This document shows, in pieces, positions 28,770-37,683 of a DNA stretch of 64,000 nucleotides. Below the pieces are notes generated by a model. It did no database searches, was not told the DNA's origin, and saw only the letters and a list, made by a program, of their open reading frames with translations. The number at the start of each line of letters is the position of its first letter. Within the stretch, counting starts at the first letter, position 1. The translations under genes were made by a program, and so were the position numbers. Origin of the DNA: a virus; IMG/VR virus record IMGVR_UViG_3300028901_000317, positions 10,155 to 74,154 of that record; one strand, written 5' to 3'.

Positions 28770-28973
28770 GTCATTAGTAAATTTTTGACTTGCATATGGA
28801 TTTCGTTCTGTCCAAAGACCGCTGACTGGATTGAGCCAATTAGCCGTGACCTGCTGGGCGCTGGCGTGTGCTGCCAAGCTTGCGCTCAGTGCGATGGCTA
28901 GCGGTTTCAGATGGCAGCGTGAAATCGCGACACCCAAGCGATCATCTGCCGCGAAGAACGTGCGCTTTGCCAT
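28749..28973 (-). pseudogene. Truncated 5' end of a secreted-protein gene
   Basis: GGAG RBS + MAKRTFF...ALSASLAAHASA|QQVTANWLNPVSGLW, which then runs into the AT-rich tail of the immunity region and stops. Confidence 0.5.
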
Positions 28974-29419
28974 GGTCAACTCAACTCCCCTGTGTTGCTC
29001 TCGTGTGAACACGCTACAACGATACCGCAATACTACTGGCGGAGTTCTCTTACACAAACCAGAGCCCGACACGAGCTGATTCGACATTGTGTCAAAACTC
29101 GATCCGATGTCAACCGTAACTAGTCGTGCCCTGCACTCTGTGCCCGTTTGGATTCATTTTTCGAATGACACTCGTATTTCCCACTCGGCCGTCCGATATG
29201 ACCGGATCACCCTGCCGAGACTGACGTCGCATTTGACAGCGATGCTGTGTTTCTAACCTCCGCCTCCCGCGCGCCCAATCGCCCCTCTAGGAATCGGCCC
29301 TTGCGGGGTGAGGGAATGGAGTGGAGATCGTTCAAACGGGGCCATCCACCGAGGCCACCACTGGCGTTGAAGAAGCATTTACTCCCATTTGAGTCGTGAC
29401 GGGCGCACGCTGTTTTCTC

Positions 29420-30100
29420 TTAACATTGGCTAGCTTGCGTAGTGGTATTCCGTTTTTTCAGTAGCCACTCCGTAACCCTCCCGGTGTGGATTGCCGCGAA
29501 TGCCTCTGTCTTGGCGTGGTCGAGCGTTGGATACCACTTTCGAATGCTGGTGGCATCGTTCATTCCGATGTGAAAAGTCCCCATTCGCTGCGAGATCTGA
29601 ATTTCGATTCCGTAGTACTCCATCATCGCCGCGTTATCCTGCTGTTTCCATCTTGCAGACTTGACGAATCGGGATGCGCGGCGCTCTAGAAGTTGCTGTT
29701 CAGATAGTCCTTCCAAGGCGGTGAGGGTGTCGTCGCACCCGACGCCCACGTCGAGGTAGCCCCAATCTGGGTGCCAAAGCTCGTGCACGTAGCGAATCGA
29801 ATTCCCGCAGAGTTCGCACTCACCATCGGGGCTTCCCAAGTCATCCTCCCCCACTTCCTCCCACCCGGCAAGCGGCGGCCAGAATCGGTGTCGCGAGCCG
29901 TGGCAGCCGCGACATAGGGATTCGACCTCCGCGGGCGAATACTCCCAAGGCTTCCGACCGTCCACATACTTCTTGTGGTGGACTTGAAGAATTACCTTCG
30001 GACTCGCGGGGCGGTCGCACGCTCGGCACCGATACCCGTCGGATTCGAGAACCCGTTCGCGAAACGCGAGCCACTCTGGATGTTTCCAGAACTCCCGCAT
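29420..30100 (-). CDS. HNH endonuclease domain protein
   Basis: CRAC...LQVHHKKY...LCRGCH, plus a second CELC...HELWH...GC segment. Confidence 0.82.
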   Translation of the reverse strand: MREFWKHPEWLAFRERVLESDGYRCRACDRPASPKVILQVHHKKYVDGRKPWEYSPAEVESLCRGCHGSRHRFWPPLAGWEEVGEDDLGSPDGECELCGNSIRYVHELWHPDWGYLDVGVGCDDTLTALEGLSEQQLLERRASRFVKSARWKQQDNAAMMEYYGIEIQISQRMGTFHIGMNDATSIRKWYPTLDHAKTEAFAAIHTGRVTEWLLKKRNTTTQASQC

Positions 30101-30112
30101 TGTAGAAGGGTA

Positions 30113-31228
30113 TCAGAGGAGCGACCGCTTTGCCTGCCGCTTTCGCGCTTGAGCCAAGCGTTCGACGCCTGCGTTCAGGAACGCCGCGCCGTCGTAGTTT
30201 TCGCGGTCCAATTCCTTCGAGGTGACGGCGGCATGCGGTACCACTTGGAGGACCCGTTCCCACTTGCTGACGATTCCCAACACCTCGGTGCTGTACCCAG
30301 CGACAGGCGTTGCACATTCGTTGAGAACCTGATACGCATGCGTCATCGCACCAGCCGCAATGTCGGCGAGTTGCACTCCCGGGTGCATTTTCGAGTCCAC
30401 AAGGCGAATGTCGGCGATCCGTAGAGGCAGCGATGCCTTTCGTCTGCCACCGACGACCGTCGGAGACGGCCCGTCCGGGTCAGAAAATGCCTTTAGTACA
30501 TCGAGTCCAGACCGAAGTTCGGACGATTCGTCCGCGACGATGACCAAGTCGCCGTCGATCTGTGAGTTCCATTCGAGAGCGAGCGAAAAAAGCGAGGCAT
30601 TCTGGAGTTCGAGGTCTGACCTGTCCATCGTCGCCCACCCGTTAGGAATCCCGCTCCGCCAAGTGAATGCATCAAGAATGTCACCACAGAGCTTCCGCAT
30701 CTCTGGGCCAACGCGGGAAAGTTCAACGACGGATTGATGGGCTTCTCGGACGGACTGCTGGGTGTGATTGCGGAACATCGTTTGAAGCGCCGCGAGCATC
30801 GAGTCGAAGCGAGCCCGGTCGAAAGCATTACCGCAAAGGTACATCACGTTCGTCATCGCGAGATTCCGTCCGTCGCGGTAGAAGTCGACGCCACGGGCCA
30901 AGCAGTAGGGCTCAAGGACATGGTCAAGCAACTTGCCGAGGAGCGCATAGCGCTTGTGCATCAGCTGAAACAAGACGCGGTCTTGTTGAGCGTCCAGCTT
31001 GTTGAACAACTGCAAGATGGCCTGTTGCCCTCGAGGACGTCCGGATAGGTTCGAATACTTGACCTCGTCTGCTTGCGTAACGCGTTTGAGTGGGGCGAGA
31101 AGCTCTATCGCCTCCGCTTCCGTGAAGCGCAACGACGACGTGACGAGAAAGGGCTGCGCCGCGTTGAGTAGATCAACGCCGGTGTGCCCACATTCGTCAA
31201 TGTAGATCAACGTTGTTGCCGAGCACAT
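30113..31228 (-). CDS. DUF3800-family protein
   Basis: N-terminal IYIDECGHTG and C-terminal DSKMHPGVQLADIAAG. Confidence 0.78.
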   Translation of the reverse strand: MCSATTLIYIDECGHTGVDLLNAAQPFLVTSSLRFTEAEAIELLAPLKRVTQADEVKYSNLSGRPRGQQAILQLFNKLDAQQDRVLFQLMHKRYALLGKLLDHVLEPYCLARGVDFYRDGRNLAMTNVMYLCGNAFDRARFDSMLAALQTMFRNHTQQSVREAHQSVVELSRVGPEMRKLCGDILDAFTWRSGIPNGWATMDRSDLELQNASLFSLALEWNSQIDGDLVIVADESSELRSGLDVLKAFSDPDGPSPTVVGGRRKASLPLRIADIRLVDSKMHPGVQLADIAAGAMTHAYQVLNECATPVAGYSTEVLGIVSKWERVLQVVPHAAVTSKELDRENYDGAAFLNAGVERLAQARKRQAKRSLL

Positions 31229-31356
31229 CGAGCGTCCTTTCGGTCAGCGGCGTCACGTCTTGTTCGAGCGCAGCAATATAGTCACATCCCCCGCGCCACG
31301 ACCGCTTGCTCTCGGTCTAGAACTTCATCCCATTCTCGCCGTTCGCGTTCGGGTCG

Positions 31357-31512
<156 letters not shown>

Positions 31513-32004
31513 GGGGCTCATGGCAGGGCACATCAGCACGACAGCCTTTGCGCGAGAGTTCCCCATAAACATCAATGGCTTCGGCGCGTGCCGAAGCCAT
31601 CTGGTCTGCTGAATTGGCTTGCGAGGATTTGAACGAGCGGGCCGTGGAAAAGTCCTGTTTCTTGCGTAGCTGGTGAGGCGGCCTGTGCGAAGTTGGTAGC
31701 ATGACAGGACATGTCGTGCGTGAGGCCAACTCGCTCGGCAAGTTCATTCTCGAAGCGATTGTGCCTCGGGGCGATCCGCTCCGGGCAATTGATCGCGTGG
31801 CAGATAAGACGCTCGCAAAGCATGAACCGCATGCTGACGGTCGGCTACGCCCTAGCGGGCAAACTGGGCTGGCCGAGTGTTCTATAAACACCGGATCAGG
31901 TCGGTGTCGCGTCAGCGAACTCAGAGAATCACTCGGCCACGTTCATCTACACTCCGGTAACACAGTCGCTTGCTCTACATTTCGCACACGATGGCCTTGT
32001 GCGT

Positions 32005-33392
32005 TCACCCCGCCCTCCGATAGGACCGGATCACGCCGCCGAGATGGACGTCACATGCAACGGCGATGCTGTGCGGCACGTCCCCAATTTTCCCATCGCG
32101 TGTTGCGCCCATCACCCATCCACCTTCTGGTGCTTGCGCTGGCAGCGCAGCGGTGACGCTCAGCGGATCGCGGCCTTCTACCTCTGTACCCGCTTCTGCC
32201 TTTGTCCTTGCCTCTGCTGTTGCCCGCTTCCCGCCGCTCAACATCACCACTTCCCCCACGCCGCACGGCGTGATCTGCTCCAAAGCAGAATGTGGTCTTT
32301 GATGGTTGTAGTAGCTGCTGTACACTGCGAGCAGATGGCGCAGGTGCCGCCTCCCCATCACGACGAACTGATCAAGGCACTCATTTCGCAGTGTCCGAAT
32401 GAATCGCTCTGCATACGCATTCAGATTTGGCGAAAAGGCTGGAATGCGCACAGGCTGAACACCCCTTCGCCGCAAGAAGACGTCAAACCCCAGACCGAAC
32501 TTCCCGTCACGGTCATGAATCAGTTGCCCCACGACCACTTTTGCTCGCACGCGGCACAGTCTCTCGCCGTCGCTTTTGCCCAGCTCCACATCCCGACCCA
32601 AACTCTTTCCCTCGCTCCTGCCCACCCCCACTTTCCCGCCCGCTCTGATGCTCTGCACCGCGCTCGCGCGATCAGCGCATTCGTCTGTGTCGGCAGTTCC
32701 TGTCTGGCCTCCTCCGCCTCGATAAACATCTTGGTCTCACGCTTGGCCCAGCGAGCGGTAGGCCTGGTGGTGACCCCGCTCACGACCACGCGGCGAGTGT
32801 CAACGTGCATGAACACCAGGAAGAACATGTGCACCCAGCCGCGCCAGGTCAGCATCGGCTGAGTCACTACATCGCATGCCCACAACGTCCGCGCATGCGA
32901 CGTGATGAAGTTCTCCCAGCTTGGCTCCTTGCGCTTAGGGCTGATGGGGATGTGGTGCTCCTTGAGGATCTTGCTGATCGTCGTCCGCGACACACCCGTC
33001 TCCAGCTTGCGGAGTTCGCCCCAGATCCGAGTCAGACCCCAGCCCGTTTCTTGTGCCAGGCGCACGATGAGCGCTCGCACCTCATCGGGAGTACGCCGGC
33101 TCCCACCCTTGCGCACAGGCGCGGTCGGAGCGCTGACCCCGGACTTGGCCTGGCGCGCCCACTTCAGAAGCGTGCAGGGTTGAACGATCGAGACCAGTTC
33201 TTTGATCGCGTCCCCCACCGCTGCCGCCAGTTGCACGAGCCGAGCCCGTTCCTCAGGCGTCGTACGAACCATACGCCCCAGCTTCGCGCGGAGGATCTGG
33301 TTCTCGGCACGCAGATATTGGATCTGGACGCGAAGCTGATCGTGAGAAGCCGCAGCCAGTACCGACATCAAGCGCAGATAGAAGTCGGCCAT
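32005..33392 (-). mobile_element. DDE integrase/transposase (rve core) split over two frames (33392-32520 and 32658-32005)
   Basis: ORF1 has an HTH region and LWACD; ORF2, in the -1 frame, has LIHDRDGKF, PNLNAYAERFIRTL and YYNHQRPHSAL. Confidence 0.8.
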
Positions 33393-33671
33393 GGCTCCAG
33401 CATGGCCATTCGCCGGTTTTGCTACAGCACGATTTTGCCTTTGAAGCCCCGTCCAGCCGCGCAGACGAGCAGGTGTACCCCTAGCGGGAGCGTCCCAGGG
33501 GCGTTTTCTTCGCCTGCATCTATCTATAAGGGCATGCGGCGGTGCCGCGCTTCCACGCTGCCGCGATGCGCCGATCTAAGACACCAACGCCACGAATTCG
33601 GCTCGCCCCGGCTGCTCCGCAGCCCGGTCGCGCCGAACCCGTCGGTCACTCATTCACTGTCAATCTCCGCG

Positions 33672-33898
33672 TGTCACCCCCAAACAGGGGTGACATGCAA
33701 GGCTCGGCCGCTTTTCCTCGCTCTTGCAGTCAGAACGATGCTTTTATTGGACATTGTCACTTTTGGCATTTCAAAAGGGTGACAAAGGTGACATCGTTTT
33801 GAGGCAAGCCCAACCCTAAACCAGAGACGCTCTGCCGTATCCGGGTCCATTCCCCGCTTGTACGAGAGACTCACCCCCTTGAAAGTCGGGGTGAGTCT
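33672..33898. repeat. Cluster of inverted repeats downstream of the serine recombinase (candidate att/binding site)
   Basis: TGTCACCCC-N6-GGGGTGACA (33672-33695); TGTCACTTTTG...CAAAAGGGTGACA (33755-33784) plus another GGTGACA; AGACTCACCCC-N10-GGGGTGAGTCT (33867-33898). Confidence 0.75.
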
Positions 33899-34136
33899 TT
33901 TCGTTTTTGAATTCGTCGCGTTCTGCCGCGTGAAACGCTCGCCTTCGCCGCGCGGCGTCTCCGGGAAAGCGTCCAGAGACGCGATATGTGGCCGCATGAC
34001 CCCCGAAAGTCTCTGGGGCCGATTTCCGCGGAACGGTTTTTGTGCTTTGGGGCTCGCACGCGGCGGACCATGGGGCGTTCGGGCGATAGAGACCCGCATG
34101 CACCACCGCTGGCGGCTGCCCAAACCGACTCGCCTT

Positions 34137-35876
34137 TCAGATGTGCAGCAGCTTGGCCTGGCGCGACCAATCGAGGTGGTACGCCGCCGCGATCAAGTCG
34201 TCCATGCCGATGCCCGGCGGCAGCGTGCCCGACAACGCACGCTTCAGGATCGCTGGCGACAAGCGCGTCAGGAGCAGCACCCGATTCACGCGGCTCTCGG
34301 TCAGGCCGACCCGCGCCGCGAGTTGTCGGATGGTGCCGCCCGTGCGTTGCAGTTCTTCGCGGTATGCGAATGCGCGTCCGATCGCGGTTCGGACATGCTC
34401 GGCAGCGCTGGGCTCGCAAGTCGCGACCAGTCCGTGCCCATCTGGGCTGAGCAGCATCCGCTTGCCGTCCAAACGCTTGATCTGGAGCCGAAGCGTCAAC
34501 GCCACGCCGCGCTGCGTGGCTTCGACCTCAGGCGTGAACGGGCACGTCTGGCATGGTGAGGTTTCGCGAGCGTGGTGCTTTCGCGGGGCAGTGGCGGCCA
34601 ACGCTTCGCGGCACGCCTCAATCTGGTCTCTCGTGATCTCGACACGCACGCTCTCGGGTGCAAGCACAACACGATCCACCACGGCTCGCACCCAATGGTC
34701 GCATGCCTCGGGCGGTTGCGCGACCAGGTCGATCTTGTGGGCCGCGCGAAGATGATCACACACCACCGACCGCACCAGTTCGTCCAGCCGCGTCGCGTTG
34801 ATCGTCTTAATGGGGCAAGTCGCGTAGCCGAGCTTGATTGCCTTTTGGCTGACGTAGTAGCGGACGAGTCGGCGTTCCTTGGTCGGCCTGCCATCCCGCC
34901 GCACGATGCGCTGCACTGAGGCAGGGCTCATCGCGTAGTCCTCGCTGGTTCGCAGCTTGCCCTTGAGTAGATGAGTGTGGGTCCAGCGGTGCTGGGTTTC
35001 GCGGTTCGCCGTGGCCATCACGCTCTGCACCCGGTCCCACAGCGATCGTTCGACGATCGGCTCGTGGATGCCCTCAAAGACGTCCGTCTGCGACGTGCCG
35101 TCGACCATCCGCGTGTGCGCGATCTTCCCGATGTAGATCGGGTTGGTGAGGACGCGATAAAGATACTTGGTGTCGAGCGGCCTGCCGCCGCGTGTGTTGC
35201 CGCCAACGCTGTCCCAACGCTTGGTGCGATGCCCGGCGGAATTGAGCACGGTCACGGTCTTCACGAGCGATCCGGTGGCGGCGTAGCCGGTGAACATCTG
35301 TTTCACCAGCTTGGCTTCAGAGTCGACGATGCGGATACGTCTGTCAGTGCCGTCGGGCGCGAGGCGGTAGCCCAGCGGCGGCTGGCCGCACACCCAGACG
35401 CCCTTGCGTTTTGTGGCGGCGATCTTGTCGCGGATGCGTTCACCCGCAACCTCACGCTCGAACTGCGCGAATGACAGCAGCATGTTGAGCGTAAGGCGGC
35501 CCATCGACGTCGTGGTGTTGAACTGCTGGGTAACCGAGACAAACGAAACGCGGTGCTCATCAAAGACCTGCATGAGCCGCGCGAAGTCGGCCAGTGAGCG
35601 TGAGAGGCGGTCCACCTTGTAGACCAGCACCACATCGATCCGGCCAGCACCGATGTCGGCGAGCAATCGCTGCAATCCGGGCCGCTCCATCGACCCGCCC
35701 GAATAGCCGCCGTCGTCGTAGGACGCGTTCACCGCGAGCCAGCCCTGATGCTTCTGGCTCTTAATGTAGTCGAGGCCCGCTTCGCGCTGGGCGTCGAGGG
35801 AGTTAAACGCCTGCTCTAAGCCCTCTTCGCTGGACTTGCGCGTGTAGACCGCGCAGCGGATGGCGCGCGTGGTCAT
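34137..35876 (-). CDS. Large serine recombinase (resolvase + recombinase domain)
   Basis: CAVYTRKS catalytic Ser, YDDGGYSG, RPGLQRLL, YKVDRLSRS, AQFERE...ERIRDK. Confidence 0.95.
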   Translation of the reverse strand: MTTRAIRCAVYTRKSSEEGLEQAFNSLDAQREAGLDYIKSQKHQGWLAVNASYDDGGYSGGSMERPGLQRLLADIGAGRIDVVLVYKVDRLSRSLADFARLMQVFDEHRVSFVSVTQQFNTTTSMGRLTLNMLLSFAQFEREVAGERIRDKIAATKRKGVWVCGQPPLGYRLAPDGTDRRIRIVDSEAKLVKQMFTGYAATGSLVKTVTVLNSAGHRTKRWDSVGGNTRGGRPLDTKYLYRVLTNPIYIGKIAHTRMVDGTSQTDVFEGIHEPIVERSLWDRVQSVMATANRETQHRWTHTHLLKGKLRTSEDYAMSPASVQRIVRRDGRPTKERRLVRYYVSQKAIKLGYATCPIKTINATRLDELVRSVVCDHLRAAHKIDLVAQPPEACDHWVRAVVDRVVLAPESVRVEITRDQIEACREALAATAPRKHHARETSPCQTCPFTPEVEATQRGVALTLRLQIKRLDGKRMLLSPDGHGLVATCEPSAAEHVRTAIGRAFAYREELQRTGGTIRQLAARVGLTESRVNRVLLLTRLSPAILKRALSGTLPPGIGMDDLIAAAYHLDWSRQAKLLHI

Positions 35877-36448
35877 CGTTTGCCTCCTTTCGAGTTGAGG
35901 GCGGTGCTGCTCGCGGCCACCCCAAAGAAACGGGGACCCGACCAGTGGGTCCCCGTGATGATGCGGGCAATCTCGCTCAGGCTGCGGTACTCATGCTCGC
36001 GATACCGGTATCGCTTGCCGCCGTCCAGCACTGTGACCTCGTGGCTGACTCCGCCCCAGAAGCGGACCAGTCGCGACGAGGGCGGCAGGGCGGCGACTCG
36101 CTGGCCCAATCGTTTCACACGCGATGGTGCTGGGGCTCGCTTCGGGTCAGCGTCATCGGACTCGGTGGTGGCGGTTGGCTGCGCAGCCGCTCGCTCGTCC
36201 GCATCGCGATCCCGCCGCGCTTGCCCCACTGCTCGCATCGCCGACTTCAGAAGCCGCGTGGTTTCAGCATCGAGGCCGCCGTGCGTTCGCTCTTGCAGCC
36301 GCCACGCGAGTTCGCGGATCAGGAGTCGCTTCTGGACGGGCGGCTTCGCCTTGCCGATCTGCTCAGCCCAAAGCACACGGAGCCGCGTCAGCGGCATCCG
36401 TGGCAACTGATCCAGATCGATGTCGACCTGTGATCGTGTCATGCTCAT
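35873..36448 (-). CDS. DUF2924-family protein
   Basis: LRVLW...LAWRLQERTHGGL; RLVRFWGGVSHEV...YRSLSEIARIITGTHWSGPRFFG. Confidence 0.88.
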   Translation of the reverse strand: MSMTRSQVDIDLDQLPRMPLTRLRVLWAEQIGKAKPPVQKRLLIRELAWRLQERTHGGLDAETTRLLKSAMRAVGQARRDRDADERAAAQPTATTESDDADPKRAPAPSRVKRLGQRVAALPPSSRLVRFWGGVSHEVTVLDGGKRYRYREHEYRSLSEIARIITGTHWSGPRFFGVAASSTALNSKGGKR

Positions 36449-37161
36449 GCTTTCGCCCCGGACTTGCTGGCGGGCTTGCCATTGGTGGGCTTCACGCTGC
36501 CAGGCTTTGGCTCAGGCTTCGCTGGCGTCTTCACCTCACCCTTGGGGTTGGCACCACCAACTGGGCGGGCGACGAGCGACTTCGCGGGCTTCATGATTCC
36601 CGCCGCGAGTGCGAAGCGGCCCTTGGCGATGCGTGCGAAGCGCGATGCATCGCCCCTCGCGTTGATCTCACGCACCATCGCGGCATAAAGCGTCGCGGAA
36701 GGCGTCTTGCCACCCGGGCTCTGCCAGAGACCGTTTGATTGCATGCGATCAATCAGGTCGTTCGCTCCGATGCCCGTCGTGGCCTCGCTCTTGGGGAGAT
36801 CAGCCAGCACCAATGCAGCCGCGTCCAACGCGCTGAGTTTTGCCCGACCTGTCCGTGGCACATTTGCACTCACCTGCTTCGCGTTGCGACCTTCGCCCGC
36901 TTTCGCGGGAGCCGTGCGGTCCGGTTTCACCAATGGCTTGGTGGCGGGCTTTGCCGCGCGGGCCGCGTCTTTTCCGACCAAGGGATTCTCCTTGCCCTTG
37001 TTCTTCGCTTTGGGCGTGGCGGCGTTGCCCGCGACGCTTGGCTGTGCCGCGACCTTGGCATCGATGGCCACGCGTCCAGCCCGGCGCTTGGGTGCGGACA
37101 CGGGCGAACTGTTGGCATTCAGGGCGGTTTTGGCGGGCGTGCTGGCCTTTGCGTTCTTCAT
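36445..37161 (-). CDS. Lys/Ala-rich protein with winged-HTH (HARE-HTH-like) domain
   Basis: LSALDAAALVL...GLWQSPGGKTPSATLYAAMVREI...SRF; start set at MKNAK after a GGAG RBS. Confidence 0.75.
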   Translation of the reverse strand: MKNAKASTPAKTALNANSSPVSAPKRRAGRVAIDAKVAAQPSVAGNAATPKAKNKGKENPLVGKDAARAAKPATKPLVKPDRTAPAKAGEGRNAKQVSANVPRTGRAKLSALDAAALVLADLPKSEATTGIGANDLIDRMQSNGLWQSPGGKTPSATLYAAMVREINARGDASRFARIAKGRFALAAGIMKPAKSLVARPVGGANPKGEVKTPAKPEPKPGSVKPTNGKPASKSGAKA

Positions 37162-37396
37162 GGCGAATCTCCAGTTGCCGCCGTGGCCCGAGATCCGCCC
37201 ACCGTGGGCGGCACGTCGAGCAACGACGGCCGCACCATGTGTGGCTGGACATAGCGTAAAGGCAAGGCATGCAATCGCGGATTCAGCTGCGCCACGTGGG
37301 CACCTGCCCACATCGCCCAGAAGCGCTCCCCTTCAAGGACAGCCAAAACCCACGTCGCTCTTCGCGCGGGCGAATCGAGCGACACACGCAGGCTGA

Positions 37397-37528
37397 TCAA
37401 CTGACAAGACCGCTACACAGGGCTTCCGCCTGCTCCAATACCGTATCGGTCGCGGCTTCCTGCTTGTCAGGCGGGTAGCCGTACTTCCGGAGTACTCGCT
37501 TCACCGTTGCCCTCAAGCTCGCTCGAAA
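37397..37528 (-). pseudogene. 3' remnant of a type I restriction subunit gene (hsdR C-terminus, DUF3387-like)
   Basis: [36 protein letters not shown] matches the typical HsdR tail; similarity ends abruptly upstream. Confidence 0.78.
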
Positions 37529-37683
37529 GGTCGCGGTTGAAGTGCATCCACCTGTCGGTGCGAGCCGGGCGATTGACCGTCGCAACTGGTCCTTTCGTTT
37601 CGATACACTAACTCACGCTCAGCGATCTTCACGTTGTTGCTGCTCTTGATAATCGCAAACGCCCCGCGAGAAGGCTCACCCTT

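Larger units (their letters stand above)
1..28800. mobile_element. Putative integrative element, unit A (R-M/QueC cargo - methylase/terminase - T2SS-like - RHS), left end beyond the window
   Basis: Colinear with unit B; truncated gene at about 28800 marks a junction; boundaries are inferred. Confidence 0.45.
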
